Shown here one piece after another: positions 9,956 through 19,257 of a stretch of DNA of 64,000 bases (positions are counted from its first letter, which is position 1; every line of letters starts with the position of its first letter). A program made the translations under genes and the position numbers. Source of the DNA: Candidatus Nomurabacteria bacterium GW2011_GWD2_36_14 (GTDB taxonomy: Bacteria; Patescibacteriota; Minisyncoccia; Phycocordibacterales; UBA9973); assembly GCA_000991405.1 (NCBI GenBank), contig LBRL01000001.1, positions 379,200 to 443,199 on the forward strand, in the 5' to 3' direction. The notes beneath the pieces are model-generated. The model was not told the origin of the DNA, did no database searches, and saw only the letters and a list, made by a program, of their open reading frames with translations.

Positions 9956-10492
9956 TTAATCAAACTTATGTTTTGTAATGTTATTTGGATCTTTCTCGTT
10001 AAAGAGAACTTCACTTCCTTCCATTACATAGACATTACGAATTGGAACTTCAATCATTTTACCCCAACAGTCTTTGCATGCCCACCAATGACCCCACAGA
10101 TACAAATCAAATTGATCGCTCTTGTCAAAACCCTGCTTAATCAATTTCTTAGAAGCTCTGTATTCAGCATGATGATCCCCAGCTGCACATCCGGGACATA
10201 ACCAATATTTCTTACCAGATGGAATTCCTAGAATTCTTCTGATACAATATTTTTTATGAAGATTAATTAAACCTTCACTTGTTAATGGTGCTTTATTTGC
10301 ATCTTTAGAAACAACAACGCTATCTCGACCCCGAACTATTACTGCCCCAGTAGAAGACCGCTTGTCTGTTGATTCCTTACGAGCAACTTCTTTGGCTTCT
10401 TGCATAAACTTATTATCTTTAGGCACATACAATATAGTTCGTCCTTCGGGTAAATAAGGATAGACTATCTCTTTTTTTATATTTGTTTCCAT
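9956..10492 (-). CDS. dCMP deaminase-like zinc-dependent deaminase (atypical)
   Basis: GAVIV, C.R..LGIPSG....LC, HAE, WWACKDC in place of PCxxC. Confidence 0.8.
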   Translation of the reverse strand: METNIKKEIVYPYLPEGRTILYVPKDNKFMQEAKEVARKESTDKRSSTGAVIVRGRDSVVVSKDANKAPLTSEGLINLHKKYCIRRILGIPSGKKYWLCPGCAAGDHHAEYRASKKLIKQGFDKSDQFDLYLWGHWWACKDCWGKMIEVPIRNVYVMEGSEVLFNEKDPNNITKHKFD

Positions 10493-10504
10493 AATTTGAA
10501 TTGT

Positions 10505-10514
10505 ATTATATAAT
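10505..10514. promoter_or_regulatory. Overlapping bidirectional -10 boxes
   Basis: Palindromic attatataat gives TATAAT on both strands in a 29-bp divergent spacer. Confidence 0.55.
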
Positions 10515-10521
10515 AGGAATT

Positions 10522-11370
10522 ATGACAACATTTGACACAATATATAAAAATTTAATAAAGCGAATAATGGAGGAAGGTATTGAAGAATTAAACGAAAGAA
10601 CAGGTCACAAAATAAAGATATTACCCGGCTTAACTTTCCAGACTGACATCGAGAAAGATGGGTTCCCTGTATTAACATTGCGAAAGAATCCTATTAAGTC
10701 TCCCATAGCTGAACAAGTTTGGTTTATTACTGGAGACAAAGATACAGAATTTTTAAGAAAATATACAAAAATGTGGGATGAATTTATTGAAGAAGATGGC
10801 ACTATAACTTCTGCATATGGTTATAGATGGCGTCATCATTTCGGAAGAGATCAACTAGACCAGCTAGTAAAACATTTGACCGAAGAACCTCACTCACGGC
10901 AAGGAGTTATTGTTACTTGGGATCCTGCTGATGATGGGTTATATGGAAAAGGATTAAAAGCAACTTATAAGAAAAATGCACCTTGCCCCTTTGCTTTCAC
11001 TATTAACATAATTGGAGGAAGACTTCATCTTCATAACATAGTTCGCTCAAACGACATGATGCTTGGCTGTCCTTTTGATACATTTGGTTTTAGTCTTATG
11101 ATGTGTGCCCTTGCTCAAAAGCTTGGAGTAAAGCCAGGAATATATACCCATACAATTTCGAATGCGCATATATATGACAATCATTACGAAGGAGCAAGAG
11201 AGCTTATAAAAAGAGAAAATGATCACCCTAATATATATCCCGTATTCCCTGCTGATATTTATGACCGAGCAGAGAGAAAAGATGAGACACTAGTTGATGA
11301 AATTTATCAATCTTTTAAACCATTTTTTAATCCAAGTGAACCGATAGAGGGATTAGATATAGTAAAATAA
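10522..11370 (+). CDS. thyA: Thymidylate synthase family protein with Asp at the Asn177-equivalent site (possible dCMP methylase)
   Basis: YGYRWR, DQL, SRQ, APC, RSNDMMLGCPFD, HIYDNH; ATG at 10522 preferred over TTG at 10501. Confidence 0.9.
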   Translation: MTTFDTIYKNLIKRIMEEGIEELNERTGHKIKILPGLTFQTDIEKDGFPVLTLRKNPIKSPIAEQVWFITGDKDTEFLRKYTKMWDEFIEEDGTITSAYGYRWRHHFGRDQLDQLVKHLTEEPHSRQGVIVTWDPADDGLYGKGLKATYKKNAPCPFAFTINIIGGRLHLHNIVRSNDMMLGCPFDTFGFSLMMCALAQKLGVKPGIYTHTISNAHIYDNHYEGARELIKRENDHPNIYPVFPADIYDRAERKDETLVDEIYQSFKPFFNPSEPIEGLDIVK

Positions 11371-11373
11371 TTT

Positions 11374-11898
11374 ATGATTCTATCAATAATCTCAGCCATA
11401 GCAAATAATAATGAAATTGGAAGGAAGAATGAACTTCTATGTGATTTGCCTATCGATATGAAGCACTTCAGAGGAACAACTTCTGGACACCCAGTAATAA
11501 TGGGGCAAAGAACCTTTGAATCTCTCGGAACATCTCCAGATGGTAGTCTTGGTCGCCCTCTTCCAAATAGAAGAAACATAATACTTACTCTTGATAAAAA
11601 TTTCAAAAGAGAAGGAATAGAAATATATAATTCTATCGAAGATCTAGAAAAATCTTTAACTGAAACCATGGGGAAAGATGAGGAAGCATTTATCATAGGT
11701 GGAGGACAGATATATAAACTCTTCATAGACAAAGCAGATAGGTTATATATCACCCACGTAAATGCAGACTTCCCGGATGCTGATACTTTCTTCCCTGTTA
11801 TAGATAAAGATAAATGGAAAATTGTCTCCGAAGATAAACACGAGAAAGATGAACAAAATATATACGATTGTAATTTTGTAATATACGAAAGAAAATAA
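11374..11898 (+). CDS. folA: Dihydrofolate reductase
   Basis: IGRKNEL, DMKHF, VIMGQRTFES, RPLPNRRNI, IIGGGQIY, DTFFP. Confidence 0.96.
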   Translation: MILSIISAIANNNEIGRKNELLCDLPIDMKHFRGTTSGHPVIMGQRTFESLGTSPDGSLGRPLPNRRNIILTLDKNFKREGIEIYNSIEDLEKSLTETMGKDEEAFIIGGGQIYKLFIDKADRLYITHVNADFPDADTFFPVIDKDKWKIVSEDKHEKDEQNIYDCNFVIYERK

Positions 11899-11947
11899 AA
11901 TAAAAATCTCCGCTAGGTTTTGCCTAGCGGAGATTTTTATTTTATTT
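11893..11947. terminator. Bidirectional hairpin terminator, member of the aaaatctccgctagg repeat family
   Basis: 25-bp perfect arms around ttttg, between convergent genes. Confidence 0.85.
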
Positions 11948-12275
11948 ATGGATCTATATCTGTCTTAACTCTAATAAAGACATCTTCACCATCTGGTGAC
12001 TTTGTCTTTATATATTTACGGTTTTTATTTATTTCTATTTTCCTTACTAATTCTTTTTCTAAATCATAACCAAGTATTTCACACATACCAAGAAGAAAAA
12101 CTGCAACATCTGCAAATTCTTCTGCTACTCCGTCTTGATTTTTATTAAACTTAGAAAATGCCTCAGAAAGTTCCTCGTATGCTCGACAAAACTCCAATGC
12201 TACATCTGTAGTATTGAAACCCTTCTCAAGCTTATTCCTCATTACTTCCTTTTGTAATTCTTTTAAATCTACCAT
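11946..12275 (-). CDS. MazG-like nucleotide pyrophosphohydrolase
   Basis: EELSEAF, EEFADV, KIEINKNR. Confidence 0.85.
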   Translation of the reverse strand: MVDLKELQKEVMRNKLEKGFNTTDVALEFCRAYEELSEAFSKFNKNQDGVAEEFADVAVFLLGMCEILGYDLEKELVRKIEINKNRKYIKTKSPDGEDVFIRVKTDIDP

Positions 12276-12311
12276 GTTTCGTATTATATTCTATTTATTA
12301 AAAATATGCGA

Positions 12312-12926
12312 CTACCTCAACACAAAGTACCCCAGTACCATACCTGTGAAGTTTAATATAGTGTGGGAGATAGATATTAGGACTAGATTTGGATACTTGT
12401 AGTAAATCCAAGCGAAGCCGATACCTGCCACGAAGGTCAGAGGTAGAGTAAAGAAAGCTTTGAGATAGATGATATGCATCAATGCAAACAAGGAGGCATT
12501 CAGTACGATGATGAACCATTTATTGGTAAAGACTCTTCGGAGCATGTTCATCAGGACTCCACGGAAAATTAATTCTTGAAGTACGCTAAGTGGTATGAAG
12601 AGGAGCAGGAATCGAGCATTCTTCCACCAGTTCAGCATTGGGCTACTAATCTCTATTTCTTCTACGGCGAAAAGCAAAGCTATCCCTGCTATTGTAAATA
12701 GAAGATACGGCAAGAAATGACTCTTCCAATCTTTTGTAATTCCAAAGTCTTCACTATTCCACTTTTCATAACGAGCAATACCATAAATAAAAAAGGTTAT
12801 GAGAAGTAAAGCTAGAATTCGAAAGCTACTTGGTATAACCTTGTAGTAAAGAAGTAAGATCGGAATTAAGTACAAGTAAAGTATCTGCACCCAGACGAGC
12901 TCTCTTTCCTTTTTTGTATTATCCAT
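12312..12926 (-). CDS. CPBP/CAAX (Abi) intramembrane metalloprotease family
   Basis: QELIFRG, FALMH and SHTILN motifs; multiple TM segments. Confidence 0.85.
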   Translation of the reverse strand: MDNTKKERELVWVQILYLYLIPILLLYYKVIPSSFRILALLLITFFIYGIARYEKWNSEDFGITKDWKSHFLPYLLFTIAGIALLFAVEEIEISSPMLNWWKNARFLLLFIPLSVLQELIFRGVLMNMLRRVFTNKWFIIVLNASLFALMHIIYLKAFFTLPLTFVAGIGFAWIYYKYPNLVLISISHTILNFTGMVLGYFVLR

Positions 12927-12937
12927 GATTTTATTAT

Positions 12938-12977
12938 ACCCCGTAGTGAAATTTTAGACAAAATTCTACTACAGGGT
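12938..12977. repeat. ACCCC...GGGT-terminated palindromic element between divergent promoters
   Basis: accccgtagtgaaattttagacaaaattctactacagggt. Confidence 0.65.
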
Positions 12978-12989
12978 TATACTAGAGTT

Positions 12990-14636
12990 ATGGTTAAACT
13001 CAAATATATATTTATAATTGCATTACTTCTAGTATCATACTCGCCTGCCCTTGCTCTTGATATACAGTATGGAAGCATAAAGGGGTACAAAGGCAACGAC
13101 GTACTCGTAGAATACTATGGCATAGGCAAGAAGAAGAATTATATTTGTAATATTGCAAACTTAAAATGTTCATCTACTAAAAAAACTATACTGGGTAAAG
13201 TAAATACATCTACCCTTAAAAGTTCTATCAAGAAAGAATTGCAAGACAAGGGGGCAACTCACACTACTCTCTCAAAGTCAGGGACTTGGCTTGCATACTA
13301 TATGCCAGCTTTTGCTCCAGAGAATAAACGTTCATATATAATTCGAAATTTAAAAGACAATACAGAATATACAATATCGGAAGGTGTCTCATACTGGGAT
13401 CTGATAAATGAACAGAGAAAAGTTTTCGAATTCTCTCCCGATGAGAAGACACTACTCTATATAGACGACAAAGATGACTCTACCAACTTATACAAAGTAG
13501 AATTAAACACTCTTAAAGATACAACTTTTGATAACATCAAAATAAGTACTACAGCTTACAATATTGGGACTTTCATGTTCTACGATTCTACAAGCCTCTA
13601 CTACGTGGGAAACAGCAAAGAGAATCCATACAAGTGGTCACTCTATAATCTTGATATGAAAACAGGTGTAGATAAAGTGATAGAAACAGACGTATCGTAC
13701 GTAGATAGTATTACCAAGATAGGGACTTCACTTCTAATAATTAAACAACAGGAAAAAGGTTACGGCCCAGAAATTTATAATGTGAAAACTAGAAAGCTTA
13801 GTAGCTTCAAGGTGCCAAATATTAAAACTAAAATATTAATTAAAAATGAAGAATATGTAAAAGTTGGAACCTCTACTGGTATAGTCATGACTCCGCCCAA
13901 ATATGATGCAAAGAAGACTTACCCCGTCATGATCTGGCTTCATGGTGGACCACTAAGACAAACGAGTCTCGGCTACCATCCTTATCATAGCTACGGACTC
14001 TATGATGCCATGCTGAAATTATTGCAGAAGAACAATGTGATAGTCCTAAAGCTCGACTACAGAGGAAGCTTCGGACAAGGAAGAAGTTACTCCGAATCTA
14101 TCCGAGAGTCAGTCGGCAAGGGAGATATAGATGATGTCATGGAAGCTGTAAAGTATATGAAGGACAAATATAAAGTAAGTGATGTATACCTTGCTGGTAA
14201 TAGCTATGGAGGATACATGTCCTTAAGGGCTGTCGTAGAACATCCAGAGGTCTTTAAGGGTGTATTCTCTATCAATGGGGTAACAGATTGGGAAGCTCTC
14301 CTATTGAAACTAAAGACTTCAATCTTCAATACAGAATTCAACGGATTGCCAAATGATACGAACAGGAATCTTTATGATCAAGCATCTATCATAAATAAGA
14401 TAGGTAATATGGGCAACCAACGAATCGAAATAATCCAAGGTGAAGCTGATCGTACTATCCCCCTTTGGCAAGCTACACTACTGGCAGGCAAGCTGAAAGA
14501 TGCAGGCAAGAATGTAAACTTGGTCACCTACAAAGGCGAAGACCACGTCTTCAAAGAAAAGAAAAATATCGGTAACATCTGCGTCCGAATGTTCGGACTA
14601 ATGGGAATCAAAGCAGACAAAGAATGTAGTAATTAA
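12990..14636 (+). CDS. Secreted S9 (prolyl oligopeptidase-family) peptidase
   Basis: Signal peptide, propeller-like N-terminus, LHGGP, GNSYGG nucleophile, D and H triad residues. Confidence 0.88.
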   Translation: MVKLKYIFIIALLLVSYSPALALDIQYGSIKGYKGNDVLVEYYGIGKKKNYICNIANLKCSSTKKTILGKVNTSTLKSSIKKELQDKGATHTTLSKSGTWLAYYMPAFAPENKRSYIIRNLKDNTEYTISEGVSYWDLINEQRKVFEFSPDEKTLLYIDDKDDSTNLYKVELNTLKDTTFDNIKISTTAYNIGTFMFYDSTSLYYVGNSKENPYKWSLYNLDMKTGVDKVIETDVSYVDSITKIGTSLLIIKQQEKGYGPEIYNVKTRKLSSFKVPNIKTKILIKNEEYVKVGTSTGIVMTPPKYDAKKTYPVMIWLHGGPLRQTSLGYHPYHSYGLYDAMLKLLQKNNVIVLKLDYRGSFGQGRSYSESIRESVGKGDIDDVMEAVKYMKDKYKVSDVYLAGNSYGGYMSLRAVVEHPEVFKGVFSINGVTDWEALLLKLKTSIFNTEFNGLPNDTNRNLYDQASIINKIGNMGNQRIEIIQGEADRTIPLWQATLLAGKLKDAGKNVNLVTYKGEDHVFKEKKNIGNICVRMFGLMGIKADKECSN

Positions 14637-14648
14637 AATACAGATAAG

Positions 14649-14683
14649 TAAAGCTGTGCGAGGCCTTGCCTCGCACAGCTTTT
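14649..14683. terminator. CTT-loop hairpin between convergent genes
   Basis: taaagctgtgcgaggc-ctt-gcctcgcacagcttta. Confidence 0.8.
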
Positions 14684-14685
14684 AT

Positions 14686-15909
14686 TTATTCGTACCTTAG
14701 AGCATCTATTGGATTAAGCTTTGATGCTCTTTGAGCTGGGTAGTATCCGAAAACAATTCCAATAAATGCAGACACTCCAAAAGCAAGTAATACAGACTTG
14801 ATAGAAACTTGTGCTTGTAGTATTCCTAATTTTGTTATTACCAGAGAAACTCCCCATCCAAGGAACACCCCGATAGTTCCCCCGATAAATGTAAGCATGA
14901 CGGCTTCTACTAGAAACTGTATATTCACATCCCTCCTCTTGGCTCCTATCGCCTTCCTTAGCCCTATCTCTCGAGTCCTCTCTGTGACTGAAGTCAGCAT
15001 CATATTCATAATACCTATACCTCCTACAAGTAGTGAGATACCCGCTATAGCAGAAAGAAGTAATGTAAATGTTCCTGTAACAGAAGAAGCTGTAGCAATA
15101 ATGTCTGCTTGATTCATTGTATTAAAATCAGCTAAAGTTGAATCTGAGATTTTATGAAGCTCCATAAGCTTAGTAGTAATGTTTGTCTGAACTTGAGTTG
15201 TAACTTCAGAATCTAACGCTTGCACACTTATAGAGTTGACATAACTATCTCCTGAAAAATATCTTTGTGCAGTAGTAATTGGTATATAAATCATATCATC
15301 AGAATTCTGGAAACCAGTACCTCCCTTTGCTTTTGTAATTCCTATTATTTTAAATTGATTATTTTTAATTTTGATAATCTGACCAATAACATCAGTGACA
15401 CCTTCCCCAAATAAATCTGTAACGGTAGTTGGTCCTAAAACTGCAACTTTTGCTCCACTTTGATTATTTTGAGCTGTGATAAAATTACCCTGATCTATTT
15501 CAAGATTTCGAACAGAAGTATAGTCAGGAGTTACTCCGTCGACTGTAGTATTGGTATTTGTTCCTTTTGCTGTTACTTGATAACGTCCAGACACTTCTGC
15601 TGTCACAGCTTTAACTCCCTCAATACTCTTCAAGGCTTCTACGTCAGTAAAGGTTAAAGTCTTGGCTGAACCTCTTCCTTGGTTCACTTGCTGGCCTACA
15701 CCCCTAGGTGCTCCAGGATTCACAATTATCAAATTGGAACCTATTGACTGTATCGATGCAGATATAGAATTCTGTGCACCTGTGCCTATGGCCGTCATGG
15801 CTATCACAGAAGCTATGCCTATGACAATACCAAGCATTGTAAGTCCTGAGCGAACCTTGTTGCTTGAAAGTGCCATAAATGTTTCTTCTAGTAAATCTCT
15901 TGTATTCAT
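14686..15909 (-). CDS. MacB/FtsX-like ABC transporter permease
   Basis: RSGLTMLGIVIG, GGIGIMNMML.SVTERTREIGLRKAIGA, LNPIDALRYE. Confidence 0.93.
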   Translation of the reverse strand: MNTRDLLEETFMALSSNKVRSGLTMLGIVIGIASVIAMTAIGTGAQNSISASIQSIGSNLIIVNPGAPRGVGQQVNQGRGSAKTLTFTDVEALKSIEGVKAVTAEVSGRYQVTAKGTNTNTTVDGVTPDYTSVRNLEIDQGNFITAQNNQSGAKVAVLGPTTVTDLFGEGVTDVIGQIIKIKNNQFKIIGITKAKGGTGFQNSDDMIYIPITTAQRYFSGDSYVNSISVQALDSEVTTQVQTNITTKLMELHKISDSTLADFNTMNQADIIATASSVTGTFTLLLSAIAGISLLVGGIGIMNMMLTSVTERTREIGLRKAIGAKRRDVNIQFLVEAVMLTFIGGTIGVFLGWGVSLVITKLGILQAQVSIKSVLLAFGVSAFIGIVFGYYPAQRASKLNPIDALRYE

Positions 15910-16610
15910 ATATTTATACTTTTCTTTTCGTGAGTCTTATCATCACTCACGATTAGTCCATCACGAATTGTGATAATACGATCAGCATGCATGGCAACAT
16001 CATGTTCATGAGTAATAAGTATAATGGTTCGACCCTGTTCTTTATTTAATTTTTGAAAAGTTCCGAGAACTATCTCTCCTGTTTTGGTATCTAAGTTTCC
16101 TGTAGGCTCATCGGCTAAAATAAGTGTTGGGTTATTCACAAGAGCCCGAGCTATAGCTACACGCTGTATCTGACCTCCAGAAAGTTGATTTGATAAATGA
16201 GAAAAATGTTCTTCGTCTAATCCAGCAGACAACAATGCTTCTTTTGCCCTCATTTCTCTTTCTGAATGAGGTACTCCATCATAAATCAAAGGTAAGACAA
16301 CATTACGTAAAACAGTAGTTCGTGGAAGTAAATTAAATGACTGAAAGACAAATCCTATTTTATCTTTTCTAATATCAGCCAATTCATCATCTGATAAAAT
16401 TGAAACATCCTTACCATCAAGATGGTAAGTGCCTCCTGTCGGGTTATCAAGAGCCCCTAATATATGCATAAGAGTAGATTTACCTGATCCAGAAGGCCCC
16501 ATGATAGCTACAAACTCTCCATCATTTATAGAGAAACTTACCCCCTTCAAAGCCTCAAATGGCTCGCCTTCTGTCCTGTATGCTTTTTTAATATTATTTA
16601 TTTCAATCAT
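15906..16610 (-). CDS. ABC transporter ATP-binding protein (LolD/MacB-like)
   Basis: [25 protein letters not shown]. Confidence 0.95.
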   Translation of the reverse strand: MIEINNIKKAYRTEGEPFEALKGVSFSINDGEFVAIMGPSGSGKSTLMHILGALDNPTGGTYHLDGKDVSILSDDELADIRKDKIGFVFQSFNLLPRTTVLRNVVLPLIYDGVPHSEREMRAKEALLSAGLDEEHFSHLSNQLSGGQIQRVAIARALVNNPTLILADEPTGNLDTKTGEIVLGTFQKLNKEQGRTIILITHEHDVAMHADRIITIRDGLIVSDDKTHEKKSINI

Positions 16611-16614
16611 AATT

Positions 16615-18264
16615 CTAATGTCCAGTCACAGCTCTCATTGTTCCACTACCACCTCCTGTCCCTGTCCTCGTAGAACCACCAACAGCACCAAAAATACTTG
16701 GGGCAGAAGAAGTCGTTTTAGAAGTTGTAGAGGTAATAGTTTTAGCAACAATAATATCTCCTTCTTTTAATCCACTTAAAATTTCTGTTGAAGTATCATC
16801 CGACAAGCCAATCTTTATAGGAACTCTACTTGGTAAAGTATTAGAAGTAGAGCCTTGTTCTCCGTTAGAAGACATTAAAGGAGAACTGAACACTTCCACA
16901 TAACTTACTCCTCGTCCAGTTTTAATAGCACTATTTGGAACAACAACAACGTCCTTTGTTGTATTTATTATTATTGTGGCGCTAACACTCATGCCTGGTT
17001 TAATACGAACATCATCTGTATCAAGACTAACAGAAACATTATAAGTAACCACACCTTGACTTACTGTACCAACAGAATCGATTCCTTCCACTGTACCAGT
17101 AATAGTAAGTCCATCGATGGCATCAAATGTCAAAGTAGCCTTTTGCCCAAGCTTTATCTTTGCAATATCAACCTCATTTAAAGCTATTTTAACTAATTTT
17201 TGTTTCGCTATTAAAGTTCCTATACTTCCACTTGCACTCTGACCAACTTTAGCAGTTAATGTTGCAACAATCCCATCAAAAGGAGCAGTTACAAAATAGT
17301 CTGATAGTGCATTTTGTTTCGTCTCGACATTTAATTGTGCCTGACGAATATCAAGCTCATCTGCTCCTTCGATGGTATCATTGATGGATAGAGTAATTTC
17401 TTTAATATTACTCAAATTGACAGATAAAGTATTCACATAACTATTCACGCTTGTTGACCATGCTGTTAGATTCGTCTGGGTATCGACAAATGAAGAAGAG
17501 GTATCGTCATCAAAAAAGTTTGAAGTATAATCAAAACTTGACTGAGCTAGCTTAACAGCATTCGATATCCCTTTTGCAGTATCTAGTGATTTTTCTATAA
17601 GATTATTTATATCTTCGTTGGAGTTTGAACTTGATAATGATTTATATAATAAAGATGTTGAATCCAAACTTTTCTTTATATCCCAATATGCATTTTCAGA
17701 TATATCTAATCTATCTTTTCCTGTCTTACTTAATAAAATTTTATTTTTGTATCCTAAATATCCATTATTATATAAATCTCCTAACCCTACAACAATATTA
17801 TTCATATCGACAATAAATGAAGGCATATTGTTCCAACTTTCTGTATACGTCTTTTTTAAAGAGTTTTCTTTCTGTAGTAGTGTTAAAGTATCTGGTTTTA
17901 AAAGTTTATCTAATGAAAGCTGTGCTGTTTCTAGTGCTATCTTTGCGTCACGAGAATCTATACTTGCTATAAGTGTACCTCTTTTTACTTCCTGTCCTAC
18001 TTTAACTGGAACATAAGTAATAATCCCTGTTGCTTTAGAACTTATATCTACAGTATCTGTCGATTCTATCTGTCCACTACCTGAAACAGAAACTACAATA
18101 TTACCCTTCTTTATAATACTTGTAACATATCTCGTCTCTGCATTTGTTTTACTATTAAAGACAAAGTATGTAGTAGATAAAATAATAAGCACAACAACAA
18201 TACTCCATACTTTATGAGCTACTATGAATGATTTTATTTTTTGTATAAATGATAAGTTTTTCAT
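16615..18264 (-). CDS. Efflux periplasmic adaptor (HlyD/MacA-like) subunit
   Basis: N-terminal TM, barrel-sandwich hybrid motifs, APFDG, IKPGMS, GLKEGD. Confidence 0.88.
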   Translation of the reverse strand: MKNLSFIQKIKSFIVAHKVWSIVVVLIILSTTYFVFNSKTNAETRYVTSIIKKGNIVVSVSGSGQIESTDTVDISSKATGIITYVPVKVGQEVKRGTLIASIDSRDAKIALETAQLSLDKLLKPDTLTLLQKENSLKKTYTESWNNMPSFIVDMNNIVVGLGDLYNNGYLGYKNKILLSKTGKDRLDISENAYWDIKKSLDSTSLLYKSLSSSNSNEDINNLIEKSLDTAKGISNAVKLAQSSFDYTSNFFDDDTSSSFVDTQTNLTAWSTSVNSYVNTLSVNLSNIKEITLSINDTIEGADELDIRQAQLNVETKQNALSDYFVTAPFDGIVATLTAKVGQSASGSIGTLIAKQKLVKIALNEVDIAKIKLGQKATLTFDAIDGLTITGTVEGIDSVGTVSQGVVTYNVSVSLDTDDVRIKPGMSVSATIIINTTKDVVVVPNSAIKTGRGVSYVEVFSSPLMSSNGEQGSTSNTLPSRVPIKIGLSDDTSTEILSGLKEGDIIVAKTITSTTSKTTSSAPSIFGAVGGSTRTGTGGGSGTMRAVTGH

Positions 18265-18266
18265 AA

Positions 18267-18812
18267 TTATATATTTCTTTTATTAAATTCTGGTGGTAAT
18301 TCTCTACTCCTCATCGACGTCGTATTCTCAATCATTTCTTCAGGGCTGGGCATAATCCTTATTAATTTTGCTTCTATTTGACCAGATTCATTTGGATTAC
18401 CAATAACAACAATATATTTATCAATAGCTAGCTTGTCCTTTGTAAGGATTTCTCTTCTTTCGAGAATACTTGTACTGTCACTTATTATTATCACTTTTTC
18501 TGTTTGATCTTTATCTAAAACTACAATATTGGGAAATTCTATCTTTATAATCTTCCCAATAGCTCCATGAGCATTTGGTAAATCCAAAAGACCACCCTTC
18601 ATAAATGGAGGAACTTTACGCATTGGTCCAAAATTCCTTTCATAATTATCACCCCAATCACGACTAAATGATGCTTTCCTAAACCCTGCTATCATTCCTG
18701 CTTGAAAAACAAAAGATAATATAAAAAGTGCTCCTAAAACATATATAACCTTTTTAAAATTTTTTGAATCGACAAATTTATTTAATTTATTTTTTATTTC
18801 TTCTTTATTCAT
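18267..18812 (-). CDS. Membrane-anchored hypothetical protein (DUF5666-like OB domain)
   Basis: One TM; HGAIGKI...VIG.P...GQIEAKLIRI. Confidence 0.65.
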   Translation of the reverse strand: MNKEEIKNKLNKFVDSKNFKKVIYVLGALFILSFVFQAGMIAGFRKASFSRDWGDNYERNFGPMRKVPPFMKGGLLDLPNAHGAIGKIIKIEFPNIVVLDKDQTEKVIIISDSTSILERREILTKDKLAIDKYIVVIGNPNESGQIEAKLIRIMPSPEEMIENTTSMRSRELPPEFNKRNI

Positions 18813-18814
18813 AA

Positions 18815-19219
18815 TTAATTCTGATTTAATAATAATTGACTTTTATATTGATGGACTATTTTTTTAACAGATATAAGCATAGACAACAATAGGAATGCCG
18901 AAGCTCCTAGGCTTGCAATAGGAACTGAATCAGCAAGAGATAGTAAGTACTCCTTCCAATATAAGGCAACAGCACCGCTATCAGAAAAAGCTAGGGATAC
19001 ATATTCAAAGAAACCAGACAAAGCAAATTGCTCCTTCAGATAAAAAGACATGAAAACAAAACCACCTAAAGACAAAACCCCTATCAAACTATAGGACAGA
19101 GATTGCATCTTTAAATTTCTTGCCTGTTTTAATTTTATAACACGCCAAATATCATCCGAAAGCCCTGTTTCCGGATGATTATAGGCTTGTTTTAATAATT
19201 TTGATAAATTATCACTCAT
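18815..19219 (-). CDS. Putative membrane anti-sigma factor
   Basis: Directly downstream of an ECF sigma; short N-terminal helix plus TM segments. Confidence 0.6.
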   Translation of the reverse strand: MSDNLSKLLKQAYNHPETGLSDDIWRVIKLKQARNLKMQSLSYSLIGVLSLGGFVFMSFYLKEQFALSGFFEYVSLAFSDSGAVALYWKEYLLSLADSVPIASLGASAFLLLSMLISVKKIVHQYKSQLLLNQN

Positions 19220-19228
19220 ACACTTACG

Positions 19229-19257
19229 TATACGAGACTACTTTAACTTTTGGTGCA
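19229..19257 (-). promoter_or_regulatory. Putative ECF promoter TGCACC-N17-CGTATA
   Basis: Overlaps the 3' end of the sigma gene, just upstream of the anti-sigma/ABC operon. Confidence 0.5.
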
